Origin: Anaerolineae bacterium
Lineage (GTDB): Bacteria; Chloroflexota; Anaerolineae; B4-G1; SLSP01
Assembly (NCBI GenBank): GCA_016931315.1
Contig: JAFGFB010000214.1
Coordinates: 8,353-72,352 of the forward strand
Length of the DNA stretch: 64,000 bases
Direction: 5' to 3'
Below the pieces are notes generated by a model, which was not told where the DNA came from, did no database searches, and saw nothing but the letters and a program-made list of their open reading frames with translations. The position numbers and the translations under genes were made by a program. Of the stretch, positions 46,108 to 55,547 are shown one piece after another; position 1 is the first letter of the stretch, and each line of letters begins with the position of its first letter.

Positions 46108-47940
46108 TCATAACGGCGGCGGAGGGGGTGGCGGTGTTGTCGGCTCAGGCGTCGGCTCTTGAGTCGGCGGTTGTGTCGGTTCTTGGGTCGGCGGTTGGGT
46201 GGGCTCCTGCGTCGGTGGTTGAGTTGGCTCCTGCGTCGGCGGTTGAGTAGGTTCCTGCGTCGGCTGCTGTGTAGGGGCTTGCGTTGGAGGTGGAGTCGTT
46301 GGTGCGGCTGTTGGGCGGGGTGTCGTCGTGGCAGATGGGCGCTCAACCACCCGGAAAGACCGTGAGCTACTTTCGGCTACAACATTCCATGTACCGCCAG
46401 CCTGCCGTTCTACCGCCACCAGCCATGTGTAGGTTCCTAGTGCGAGGCTCCGCTCTGCAGCGGTGAAACGATAAACCAATGCGGCCTCGGGATTGTTGAA
46501 CTGCTGCCGCAGCACTTCCTGACCAGCAGAATTCTCCACAATCACAACAAAGCGCTGATCAAACGCCAAACGCTGCGACCACTGCCAGGTCAATTCAATA
46601 GCAGAAGTCGGATAATAGCCCTGGTTATCCGGTGGCCCTGTAAGTTCCGGTGGCGGAAGAAGCGCTTCCGTTGCCGTGGGAAGCGGTGTGATAGTAGGTG
46701 TAGGTTGAGCAGTCGGGCTTGCCGTGGCAGTAGCCGTTGCCCGCGCAGTTGCCGTGGCAGTCGGGCTTAGGTAGAGGGTTGGTGTTGCTGTAGGCGTTGC
46801 CTTTTCCCTACCCCATAGTCCCAAACGGGCTGCACGAACTGCACCCCCAGCAATAAACAATACCAGGACCAACGCAGCCAACACCCAAATCCATTTCGGG
46901 AATCCGCCTGCTTTAGGCATCGCCTCCCGCGGAACAACGGGCGCTGCCGCACGCGGTGACGCAGGTACTACCGCGGCCTGCCGCGGCACAACCTGCGGTT
47001 GCCCTGGTCCTATAGCAGCACCCGCAGCAGCACGGGGATCCATTTGGGCTGTACCCCCAGGCTCTTTGCTCGCAGGACGAGGCCCCGTATCGGTCTGCGG
47101 AGTCCAGGCACGCACCGAAACCCCCAATCCCGCGGCCATCTCCACAGCACTCTGCCAGCGTTGGGCGCGCGAGAGCTCTAAAGATCGAAAAATCGCCGCT
47201 TGTGTGCGCTGGCTCACCCCTTTCACCTGACCCCACACGCGGAGGAACTGCTCGGGGTCTGCCATGCGCAGCGTTGCTGTGGGTGGTGCATGTCCAGTGA
47301 GGGCGTGATACAACGTAGCTCCTGTGCTGTAAACATCACTACGGCCATCTGTGTGCCCGGCGCCCGCATCGTATTGCTCCGGTGGTGAGTATTCCGGGGT
47401 TCCCATCCCGCGCATGATAGTCTTGGTGCTCGGGTCAGCCGGATTCCAAAGTTTCACCAAACCGAAATCTACTAACACGGCGTGTCCATCGGGACGAATG
47501 ATAACGTTCTGCGGTTTTACATCCCGATGGATGATGCCACGACTATGACAATAAGCCAGCGCATCCAACAACTCAGCCGCCCAGGCAAGCGCTTGGTTCT
47601 CTGGAATCGCCCCCCAGCTCTCGATGTACTGCGCCAGACTATGTCCACTGACAAAGTCCATCACCAGATAGGCATTGCCATTCTCCTCGAAGAAATCAGT
47701 GACGCGCACCAGATTGGGGTGCTGGAGCCGGGCAAGCACCAACGCCTCTTGCTGAAATTGCTGACGCAGCTGCGCCAGAGTCGAGGCATCCAGGTCGGGT
47801 TGGGGGAACATCTCTTTGAGAGCGACCAACACATTGAGGCGCGTATCCACCGCGCGGTAAACCGCGCCCATACCACCTTGTCCCAAGGGCAATTCCACCC
47901 GGTAACGCCCCTGCAAAAAATCATCAGGTTTCAAAACCAT
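46108..47940 (-). CDS. Ser/Thr protein kinase K7 (family A) with TM, an ectodomain and a PTQE/PTQP repeat tail
   Basis: GQGGMGAVY, VALKEM, HRDVKPQN, DFGLVK and TPEYSPPE. ATG at 47940 with a GGAG RBS. The ORF-track 25-aa extension is Cys/Trp-rich. Confidence 0.95.
   Translation of the reverse strand: MVLKPDDFLQGRYRVELPLGQGGMGAVYRAVDTRLNVLVALKEMFPQPDLDASTLAQLRQQFQQEALVLARLQHPNLVRVTDFFEENGNAYLVMDFVSGHSLAQYIESWGAIPENQALAWAAELLDALAYCHSRGIIHRDVKPQNVIIRPDGHAVLVDFGLVKLWNPADPSTKTIMRGMGTPEYSPPEQYDAGAGHTDGRSDVYSTGATLYHALTGHAPPTATLRMADPEQFLRVWGQVKGVSQRTQAAIFRSLELSRAQRWQSAVEMAAGLGVSVRAWTPQTDTGPRPASKEPGGTAQMDPRAAAGAAIGPGQPQVVPRQAAVVPASPRAAAPVVPREAMPKAGGFPKWIWVLAALVLVLFIAGGAVRAARLGLWGREKATPTATPTLYLSPTATATARATATATASPTAQPTPTITPLPTATEALLPPPELTGPPDNQGYYPTSAIELTWQWSQRLAFDQRFVVIVENSAGQEVLRQQFNNPEAALVYRFTAAERSLALGTYTWLVAVERQAGGTWNVVAESSSRSFRVVERPSATTTPRPTAAPTTPPPTQAPTQQPTQEPTQPPTQEPTQPPTQEPTQPPTQEPTQPPTQEPTPEPTTPPPPPPPL
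46138..46287 (-). repeat. in-frame 12/24-nt tandem repeat encoding (PTQE-PTQP)n
   Basis: The peptide PTQAPTQQPTQEPTQPPTQEPTQPPTQEPTQPPTQEPTQPPTQEPTPEPT is followed by TPPPPPPPL. The DNA units are similar but not identical, with synonymous differences. Confidence 0.85.
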
Positions 47941-48092
47941 AAAAGGCTCCTTCGACTGGCAGGAAAAGGCAATCCAAGATGCGGAACAAGTTATGTCACA
48001 CAGATTGTGCCACAAATCACTATAGATGCACTGGTCGAGCAGCTAACCTGCTTCGATTCCGTGATGTTTATTGCGCCTGAACCGGCGACGCT

Positions 48093-49013
48093 TTAGATTT
48101 GGAAAGTCGTTTTGATACGCCCGAACCTTACCTCGTCACCACTGGCCAGAGCTTGGGGTTGCCGTGGTACAAGCTTTTGTTGGTTGACGAAGGTGAAATT
48201 GGTGCTGTTGAGGTCCTCGATGAAGAAACGCTCACCCTGAACTAAAATCCGGGCATGCTGCCGGGAAACACCGCCCTCATCCCCGCCATAATCAGTGAGA
48301 TCAATATCGGGGAATACACCACTGACCGGGTCTTCCCTCCCAATAATGACCTCGTTTTTTCCAACCGGGAAAGGCAACGCTGTATTTGAACCTGAGATAA
48401 GCAAACGCCCACGCACTGCTACTGGCGGAGCGATATAAGGTGCAGGCTGCGGCGCAACGGGCTGAGGAAAGCCTGCTCCCCCAGGCTCAGGCGCCGGGTA
48501 AACGGCTTGACCTGGCTGCGCAATCATGGTGGGCGCATACTCGCCAGGCACGGCCGGCGCGCCAGCAACTGGCGGCGCATAAGCCGCCGGCAGGGGAGGC
48601 GGAACCGCAGCAGCGCCCACGGCCGTAGCAGGAACTGCCTGTACAGGCGCCCCGCACATATCGCAAAAAGCACTATCAGGCTCAAGAGCCGCGCCACAAT
48701 TTGGACACGTTCGCCCACCCGCTGCCGCAGCAGCGAGCGGAAGTCCGCTATCCGGCGTGGCAAAACTACCTGGCATAGCCGGAAGACTGCCGACCGCAGA
48801 GCCACAGCTATTGCAAAACTGCTCACCTGGCGCTATCTGAGCGCCACATACAGGACACAGAGAGGCAGCTACTGTAGGAATCCCCCCTGGAATCCCCCCC
48901 GCAGCAGGATTAGCCATTCCAGCTACTGGCGGTCCACTCAGCGCCGCACCACATTCATCACAGAATGCAGCACCGTCCGGTTGCTGCGAGCCACAATTTG
49001 AGCAAATGACCAT
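48093..49013 (-). CDS. triple zinc-ribbon + C-terminal FHA protein
   Basis: CSNCGSQQPDGAAFCDECG, CPVCGAQIAPGEQFCNSCG and CPNCGAALEPDSAFCDMCG. FHA VIIGRED...SRQHARI...DLNSTNFTFVN. ATG at 49013 with GAAGGAGGGGG upstream. Confidence 0.9.
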   Translation of the reverse strand: MVICSNCGSQQPDGAAFCDECGAALSGPPVAGMANPAAGGIPGGIPTVAASLCPVCGAQIAPGEQFCNSCGSAVGSLPAMPGSFATPDSGLPLAAAAAGGRTCPNCGAALEPDSAFCDMCGAPVQAVPATAVGAAAVPPPLPAAYAPPVAGAPAVPGEYAPTMIAQPGQAVYPAPEPGGAGFPQPVAPQPAPYIAPPVAVRGRLLISGSNTALPFPVGKNEVIIGREDPVSGVFPDIDLTDYGGDEGGVSRQHARILVQGERFFIEDLNSTNFTFVNQQKLVPRQPQALASGDEVRFGRIKTTFQI

Positions 49014-49064
49014 CGCCCCCTCCTTCAACTTAAAACAACGAGATCCTTACCCGGCCAGTTTGGG

Positions 49065-50324
49065 CTAATCGTCGAGTTTCTGTGTCAATTTCCGCGTCTC
49101 ATAGCGCAGTTTCTTAGTGCCATGTGCGGAAAGGCCCTGCCCCTGCTCCAATCGGTCAGCCTCCCGACGAGCAACATCAGCCAGTTCTGGCTCACCCAGA
49201 TCGAGCAACCGGGTTGCGGCAGCCCGCAGCTTCTGTGTCGCCCCCGCAATATTGCCGGCTGCAGCCTCGTCCAGCGCCCGTGTTTGCAGTTTGTGCGCCG
49301 TGACCTTTTCCACAACGTTCAAGACAGCGGCATGGCTGGCAGCGGTTTCCATTGAATCTCCAGAAAACGCCAGGACCACATCAGTTTTAACCTTCTCATG
49401 AGTTAATCCTAACGACGCCACATCATAGGCAATCTCCGCTTGTGCCAATCGGTACTTTCCAGCAGGCAGCGGAGGGATCAATAATTCAACAAGGACACTT
49501 TGCCCTTTCCCGCATTCCATATCCCCTAACGTAACCTGCACATCCCGCGCCGAAACTGCGCGCTGCCCAAGCAGACTAATCATTGGCGTTACACGCCACA
49601 CTGCACGCGGAGTCACACCTTCTGCTAAACGCAACAGCAGTAGCGCATTCTGAACCACACTGCGCTGTGCGCTACGCACTTGCCGCTGAAATGTGCTTAA
49701 AATGGCTTCTGGTTGCCCCTCGGGAATGAAATCGGATACCCCGCCACTGTTTTGTGCAAGCGCATCCAGCAGCGTCTCATTCCACCCCTCACCCAATCCC
49801 AACGCAGAGATGGCTATGTTGCGCTGCGCAGCCTCGGCTGCAAGCGACAGACATTCCCGCTCATCACCGTAAGTCTCGCCATCGGTGAGCAATAGCATAC
49901 GACTGACACGATCTGCACCCACACCCTTGATAAGCTCATCCAATCCAGCGCGTATTCCGCGCGCAATCTTTGTGCCGCCTTCAGCACGGATTTTGTCAAT
50001 ACGCGCTTTGAGGACAGCCGAATCGTTGACCAGTTGACTGGGCAACACTACTTGTACCGAATCATCAAAAACCACAACGGAAACAAGGTCGTGTTCCGTC
50101 ATCTCATCAATGGCAAGGCGCGCTGCAGCCTTAAGGTTCTCAATCTTGGTTCCACTCATGGAACCACTATGATCCAGCACAAGGCAGAAATTGAGGGGCA
50201 TTTGTATGGATGCCAGCACATCAGCGGGCATAACCGTCATCAGCACATAGACTAATTGTTGCCCGTCGGTGACGGGAAACACCGTCTTATTCGTCTGCAC
50301 CATCAGGGAAATCTCGTCAGACAT
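49065..50324 (-). CDS. cytoplasmic vWA-domain protein with an intact MIDAS (TerY-like) and a helical C-terminal domain
   Basis: LVLDHSGSMSG (DxSxS), GGTKIARG and LLLTDGETYGD. No signal peptide. The start overlaps the upstream PP2C stop by 8 nt (ATGTCTGA). GGGGAGG RBS. Confidence 0.9.
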   Translation of the reverse strand: MSDEISLMVQTNKTVFPVTDGQQLVYVLMTVMPADVLASIQMPLNFCLVLDHSGSMSGTKIENLKAAARLAIDEMTEHDLVSVVVFDDSVQVVLPSQLVNDSAVLKARIDKIRAEGGTKIARGIRAGLDELIKGVGADRVSRMLLLTDGETYGDERECLSLAAEAAQRNIAISALGLGEGWNETLLDALAQNSGGVSDFIPEGQPEAILSTFQRQVRSAQRSVVQNALLLLRLAEGVTPRAVWRVTPMISLLGQRAVSARDVQVTLGDMECGKGQSVLVELLIPPLPAGKYRLAQAEIAYDVASLGLTHEKVKTDVVLAFSGDSMETAASHAAVLNVVEKVTAHKLQTRALDEAAAGNIAGATQKLRAAATRLLDLGEPELADVARREADRLEQGQGLSAHGTKKLRYETRKLTQKLDD

Positions 50325-51438
50325 TCCAACCTCCCCAGTAACGTTGCAACAACGTCAGAAATGATGGAATTGCTGCCGCAGGAGCAGTTTCAGATGCAGG
50401 CGAATACATCCCCCAGCCAATGACGAGCATGGCAGCGAAAATCACAAACGCGATGACGAGCAGCGCAATCAATAGTGCCCGTCTGCGAGATGGCTCCAGT
50501 TGGGCAAGGTCCTCTCGCAGGGCGGCAACGTAACCCGGCATCGAGGCAGGTCGCAGTTTTACAGGCGCAGTCGCTGCTGCGCCACCCACACGCGCCAGAA
50601 CTACTGAAATGTTATCATAACCGCCCTGAACATTAGCCATCTCGATCAAGCGCTCTACTGCGCGGCGTGGAACACTGCCCGACACCGTCCGAACGATCTC
50701 AGCCTCGGGCACCATATCATAGAGGCCATCAGAACATAAGACGACCATATCGCCCGGCGCCAGCGACACTGGGCGGAACACATCGACCATCACTGAAACA
50801 GCAGCTCCAAGGGCGCGTGTCAGCACGCTGGCATCAGGGTCATTCGCCACCTCTGCTTGTGCAATCGCGCCCCGCTCGGCTTTTTGCTGCGCCAGGGTAT
50901 GGTCACGACTTTGTTGATACAACACACCATCGCGGAGGAGATACGCGCGGCTATCACCCACATTCGCAAGGTACAATTGCCCTTCATGTACGATGGCAGC
51001 CACCATGGTGCTCCCTGCCTGCGTGGCTCCGATCTCTTTTAGATAGCGATGCAATGCAACATTGGTTTGCTCAATCGCCTCGCGTAAGTCACCAGTGAGG
51101 TCTTGTCCGGGTAGCGCATAATAACGCTCAGCAACAAGACGGATGGCCCATTGACTTGCTGCGCTGCCAACCTGTTCGCCACCAATGCCATCGGCAACTA
51201 ACAGCAACTGCCCCTTGCGTGCCAGTAGATCGGCAGAGGGGCTGTAAAAACGCTTGCCGTCCATCGGATCCGGGTAAATGGCATCCTCGTTGACGGCACG
51301 TTCGCGTCCCACATCAGTTGCGCCACATACGTCCAGGCCCAACAGCTGAGGATTTGAACGGCGTGAGTCGAGCACGCTGCCCGGTTGCCCACTAGATGGC
51401 GCCGCCAATCCGGCGGCTTCAGCAGATACCATCGTCAT
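50317..51438 (-). CDS. PP2C Ser/Thr phosphatase with a C-terminal TM anchor (PstP-like)
   Basis: LVADGIGGEQVGSAAS, GDSRAYLL, LCSDGLYDMV and GGYDNISVVL. TM ALLIALLVIAFVIFAAMLVIGWG. Confidence 0.92.
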   Translation of the reverse strand: MTMVSAEAAGLAAPSSGQPGSVLDSRRSNPQLLGLDVCGATDVGRERAVNEDAIYPDPMDGKRFYSPSADLLARKGQLLLVADGIGGEQVGSAASQWAIRLVAERYYALPGQDLTGDLREAIEQTNVALHRYLKEIGATQAGSTMVAAIVHEGQLYLANVGDSRAYLLRDGVLYQQSRDHTLAQQKAERGAIAQAEVANDPDASVLTRALGAAVSVMVDVFRPVSLAPGDMVVLCSDGLYDMVPEAEIVRTVSGSVPRRAVERLIEMANVQGGYDNISVVLARVGGAAATAPVKLRPASMPGYVAALREDLAQLEPSRRRALLIALLVIAFVIFAAMLVIGWGMYSPASETAPAAAIPSFLTLLQRYWGGWNV

Positions 51439-51547
51439 TCACCCTTTCCAACAAGAAGACATCAACCATAACCTCAATACAGTCCTCAGCCATTCACCCG
51501 CGTGCCTGCCATTGGCCCAGCCGGTTGGCTTGGTCTACAGGCCCGGC

Positions 51548-53641
51548 CTACAGGCCCGGCTTCCAGGGATTCGGTGGTCTCCCAGACGCAGGTAAATCGT
51601 CCGCCCGAACGGTTGGGCCATAACCAGGCGGCGATCCACCCGGAGGGCCTTCCATTTGCGGAATGTCAGCAGACACGTCATCCGCAGACACCGTCGGCCC
51701 ATAGGGGGATGAGCCTGCAGCCGCTTGAGTTGGAGGAACCGATCCGGCGGAGTAAGCGTTGCCTGAGGGCGCCTGCCCTTCGATACTGACCCGCCGCGTC
51801 TCGCCTCCCAGGCGTTTGAACTGAAGTTGTGTATTCCCCACTTTGATGATGGCATCCGGTTGCAAAGGCACCGGTTGTGAGGGACGCAACTGTAACCCGT
51901 TAAGGAAAGTTCCATTCGTGCTGCCCTCGTCCACAATGAAGACCTGGTTTTGCTCTTGCCGAATGGAGAAATGCGGATTGGAGATAAATTGATCAAAGAG
52001 TGGGAAATCACAGTTCTGGGCATCACGACCGACCTTGACCTGTGGCGATGCTAAGCGGTACTCCTGCCCCACAGATGAACCGTGAACGACCACCAGCTTA
52101 CCGTAAGCAGGTCCCGCTGCACTCAGGCGCTGAGTCATCTTGCTGATAGCACCCGCCGCAGGTGCAACGACTTTGCGCGCAATCTCACCACGTGTCTTGA
52201 TCAGGAGAATCAGCAATATTAACAGCCCCAACAACAAAAATCCCAGGACCACGATAATCCACCAGTTTTGCTTGACCGTCTCTTTGGTCTCCTCGACCAC
52301 GGTGACTTCTTCCGCTTCCCAGGTAACCCGCACATTGACCGGTTGACTTGCCATCTCGACATCGAGATAAGGATCTGTGGCCCGGGCCAGGAAGGTGATG
52401 TCACGGGATTGAATCTCGCGCGTGGGAGTCACGAGATTGCTCACCTGCCACTCAAATGGATAATCTGGCGCGCTGCTGGAGGCGCCGATGAGCGCACCAT
52501 TCGCATAATAGGACACCGTATCCGGATTGCGGGTCTCGGCATCAGGAAATTCCATTGCCACACTAAGAGTCACGCCACGTTCAAGAAAGCCGTCTATCGT
52601 TTTGGAGAAGGGCACGGTAATAGACGTCTCAGGCGGTGTGTTTAGGCTGAGGCGTGGTGTCCGCAGCTTCGAAGCAACCGTTGTCTCTGTAAAGGCATCG
52701 CCTATGACTGTCCCTTGCACCTGCACCCGCACTTTGTAATCACCCTGAGGCTTGATAACTGGGAAACGCAACCTGTAAGCGCCACGTAGTGTTACTAAGT
52801 CATCAAAGAGGCTCAGTGTAGCTTCGCTGTTGCTCGGCTCGTGCGCAGCATAGCGACCATGAGTCTGCGTCGCCATTGCCTGAAGGTTATCCTCGTCGGT
52901 CGCCCCACCCCCCATACGCACGGCGTACAACAAAATTCCAGATTGCAGGCATTTGTTGATGATTACCGTTTCATAAGCTTCACTGCTAAACTGGCGATCA
53001 ATGCCGTCGGAAAACACGACAATGACAGCCCTACGGCTATTGAGCTGCGCCTGTACCTGCGCGTTGGGATTCTGAGTCAACCACTCGATAGCACGATCAA
53101 TGCCATCATACATTGGCGTGACCTCGGGAACCACTTCTGCACGCAGGGCATCAAATTCGTTACGTATCGAGTTAGGATCCCGATCCGTGAAAGGAATCAA
53201 CGGTGTCAAGCCACCCGCATCACGACCACGGATACCCACCAACGCGACCATATCGGCATTGGGCGATCCATCCACAACCAACCGATCAAGCAATGCCCCC
53301 GACAGGTCCATTGCCTGACCGATGCGTGGGTCGTTCTTGCGCGCGATGCCGCCGCGATCGACGACCAACACAACGGCAACGCCGCCAGTCTCAGAGGTGA
53401 CGCCGGTCAGCGGAATAGCTTCACCCGAAAGCTGCAACGCGAAATTATCAGCCGTGAGATCGGGCAGGCTACGACCCACATTCGGGTCTAAAACCGAAAC
53501 CAGTATCTCTGCATTAGGTCCCGGTGATGGTTCCCCCAGAACACGGAGCACCGGCCCCTGACCCTGAGCGCCAATTTCAAGAGCCAGCAATAGTAGCATA
53601 AACAGATAGAAGACTACCTTTATGGGACGTAGCCTCTTCAT
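51548..53641 (-). CDS. signal peptide / extracytoplasmic vWA-like (degenerate MIDAS) + Ig-like region / TM / cytoplasmic FHA / PG-rich tail
   Basis: Signal peptide MKRLRPIKVVFYLFMLLLLALEIGAQG. vWA-like VVLVVDRGG...VIVVFSDGID. TM WWIIVVLGFLLLGLLILLILLI. FHA VKVGRDAQ...NPHFSI...EGSTNGTFLNG. GAGGAGGAAG RBS. Confidence 0.85.
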   Translation of the reverse strand: MKRLRPIKVVFYLFMLLLLALEIGAQGQGPVLRVLGEPSPGPNAEILVSVLDPNVGRSLPDLTADNFALQLSGEAIPLTGVTSETGGVAVVLVVDRGGIARKNDPRIGQAMDLSGALLDRLVVDGSPNADMVALVGIRGRDAGGLTPLIPFTDRDPNSIRNEFDALRAEVVPEVTPMYDGIDRAIEWLTQNPNAQVQAQLNSRRAVIVVFSDGIDRQFSSEAYETVIINKCLQSGILLYAVRMGGGATDEDNLQAMATQTHGRYAAHEPSNSEATLSLFDDLVTLRGAYRLRFPVIKPQGDYKVRVQVQGTVIGDAFTETTVASKLRTPRLSLNTPPETSITVPFSKTIDGFLERGVTLSVAMEFPDAETRNPDTVSYYANGALIGASSSAPDYPFEWQVSNLVTPTREIQSRDITFLARATDPYLDVEMASQPVNVRVTWEAEEVTVVEETKETVKQNWWIIVVLGFLLLGLLILLILLIKTRGEIARKVVAPAAGAISKMTQRLSAAGPAYGKLVVVHGSSVGQEYRLASPQVKVGRDAQNCDFPLFDQFISNPHFSIRQEQNQVFIVDEGSTNGTFLNGLQLRPSQPVPLQPDAIIKVGNTQLQFKRLGGETRRVSIEGQAPSGNAYSAGSVPPTQAAAGSSPYGPTVSADDVSADIPQMEGPPGGSPPGYGPTVRADDLPASGRPPNPWKPGL

Positions 53642-53735
53642 GACACTTCCTCCTCTAATAAATCACTTAACAAAGAACGCCAATGATCAACCGCCGAGCC
53701 TAAGTGAGACCAGCTTCGTAACACTCGAGAATTTC

Positions 53736-55544
53736 TCAAGCGCCCATCTGCACAATGAGCACGGTGATATTGTCCTCTCCGCCAGCCTCATTCGCTGCCT
53801 TGACTAATAAGTCACAAGCCTCTTGAGGAGAGGCTGCTGCGTGCCAGATCTGCCAGATATCTTTGTCGGATATCATGCCACTCAAACCATCAGAACACAA
53901 AAGCAAGGCTGCACCAGAATCCAGCAGCTGCTCAAAGAGATCCACCTCGACCTTGGAGCGATCTCCGATGACGCGATAAATCACATTGCGTTGTGGATGA
54001 TGAGCCGCTTCATCGCGAGTGATCTGCCCCGTAGCGACCAATCGCTCCACTAACGAATGGTCAACCGAGACCTGGCGAATACCATCAGCATCCAGAAAAT
54101 AACAGCGGCTATCCCCAACATTGGCAATCAACGCCCGTCCGCCGCGCACCAGGGCTGCCACCAAGGTGTTCCCCATATCATTGCCAGCAGCGGTTCGTTG
54201 CTCGTAGACTGCCTGATTGGCAGCCTGCACCGCCCCGGTCAGCCAATTGCGCCATTCGGGAAACGGTTTTGCCGTCGCCAGGAGCGGTAGCAGGTCCACA
54301 CTGGCACGCTGGGCTAAAACACGCGCCGTCAGCTCGCTGGCAACGTCACCCGCCTCGTGCCCGCCCATACCATCTGCAACCACGAATAATCCAACCGGTT
54401 CACTAACCGACTTAAATACGGAAGCAAATTCCAGGGTCAGCAGACTATCCTCGTTTAACGACCGCACACGTCCCACATCGGAACGCCGCCCCACCACCAG
54501 CGTCGCACTGGTGGGATGGCGCAATTCATCCAGGCAAGCTTCCAGTTCCGCAGTAAATGTCTCCGCCATCAGAACCTGCGGCGTATTAATTCCCTGATAC
54601 AACAATGTTTTCAGGCGTGACGAGAACGCCATGTCCGTAGTGAGTTGCTTCTGCCCAGTCATCAAGTACAACAATACTGTCGCCAATCCTTGAACATCTC
54701 GGGAGAGAATCTCGTTAAGCGCCTCACCCGTCGAGCGCTGCGCCGGTGGAATGATTTGCGCGCGGTTCAGATTGGTCCACAATGGGAGCTTGCCATCAAA
54801 AACGATGTGGTTAGGACTGATAGTCTGTAACGTGATCTGATGCCGATGCAGGTAGGTCAGCGCCTGACCCAGAGCAATGCCCCATGTCAAAACCGTGTTG
54901 ACCTCCTGTGGTATTTGCAAGACAGCTGCTGAAGGCAATGGGAACTCAGGCGCCACGCGGTATTGACGCGGCGATCCATAAGGCGCCTCATTGAAAATCG
55001 CGATGGAGAGCCGAAGACCGGGGTGCTGCAAACGCAGCGCTAACAGCTGCGCTTCTTGTGCGAAGGCCTGGGGGTCAGCACTCTCATGAAGACGATAGCG
55101 CAAATTAAGTGGGGCGGTGTTAGTGCGCTCTGCACCGCAGCTCTCGCAGTAACGCTCTTCAGCGGACTCAGAAGCAACCCCGCAATGCTCACAAACCCAA
55201 ACTGGCACACGATCCACTACCAGGTATTCGTTGATCTGCGCACTGGTGGATTGTACGGCCAAAACCGCATAGCGGTCCTGAAACAACAGCGCCCCTTCAG
55301 GCAATGGCGCAAAAGCCGCACTGAGGTTGGGCAAGGGAACCGTTACGGATTCATTCGTTGCCGGTTCATGGGTCACGGAGGGTGATGAATCATCTTGCGG
55401 AACTGTATCTGGCACCATTGGCGCTGTCTGTGGTCCGGAATTCATAGCGGCGGGAGCAGATTCTTCAGACCCAAGGTCGTTGCCACATTGAAGGCAAAAC
55501 CGCGCACCAGCACGATTCTCAAAACCGCATTGTGGACACTTCAT
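53736..55544 (-). CDS. zinc-ribbon / pseudokinase-like / PP2C phosphatase fusion (copy b)
   Basis: MKCPQCGFENRAGARFCLQCG. A kinase-like region with an inserted CEHCG...CESCG ribbon; YLHRHQITLQTISPNHIVF replaces HRD and there is no DFG. PP2C motifs VVADGMGGHEAGDVAS, GDSRCYFL, LCSDGLSGMI and GGEDNITVLIV. Confidence 0.85.
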   Translation of the reverse strand: MKCPQCGFENRAGARFCLQCGNDLGSEESAPAAMNSGPQTAPMVPDTVPQDDSSPSVTHEPATNESVTVPLPNLSAAFAPLPEGALLFQDRYAVLAVQSTSAQINEYLVVDRVPVWVCEHCGVASESAEERYCESCGAERTNTAPLNLRYRLHESADPQAFAQEAQLLALRLQHPGLRLSIAIFNEAPYGSPRQYRVAPEFPLPSAAVLQIPQEVNTVLTWGIALGQALTYLHRHQITLQTISPNHIVFDGKLPLWTNLNRAQIIPPAQRSTGEALNEILSRDVQGLATVLLYLMTGQKQLTTDMAFSSRLKTLLYQGINTPQVLMAETFTAELEACLDELRHPTSATLVVGRRSDVGRVRSLNEDSLLTLEFASVFKSVSEPVGLFVVADGMGGHEAGDVASELTARVLAQRASVDLLPLLATAKPFPEWRNWLTGAVQAANQAVYEQRTAAGNDMGNTLVAALVRGGRALIANVGDSRCYFLDADGIRQVSVDHSLVERLVATGQITRDEAAHHPQRNVIYRVIGDRSKVEVDLFEQLLDSGAALLLCSDGLSGMISDKDIWQIWHAAASPQEACDLLVKAANEAGGEDNITVLIVQMGA

Positions 55545-55547
55545 GAC

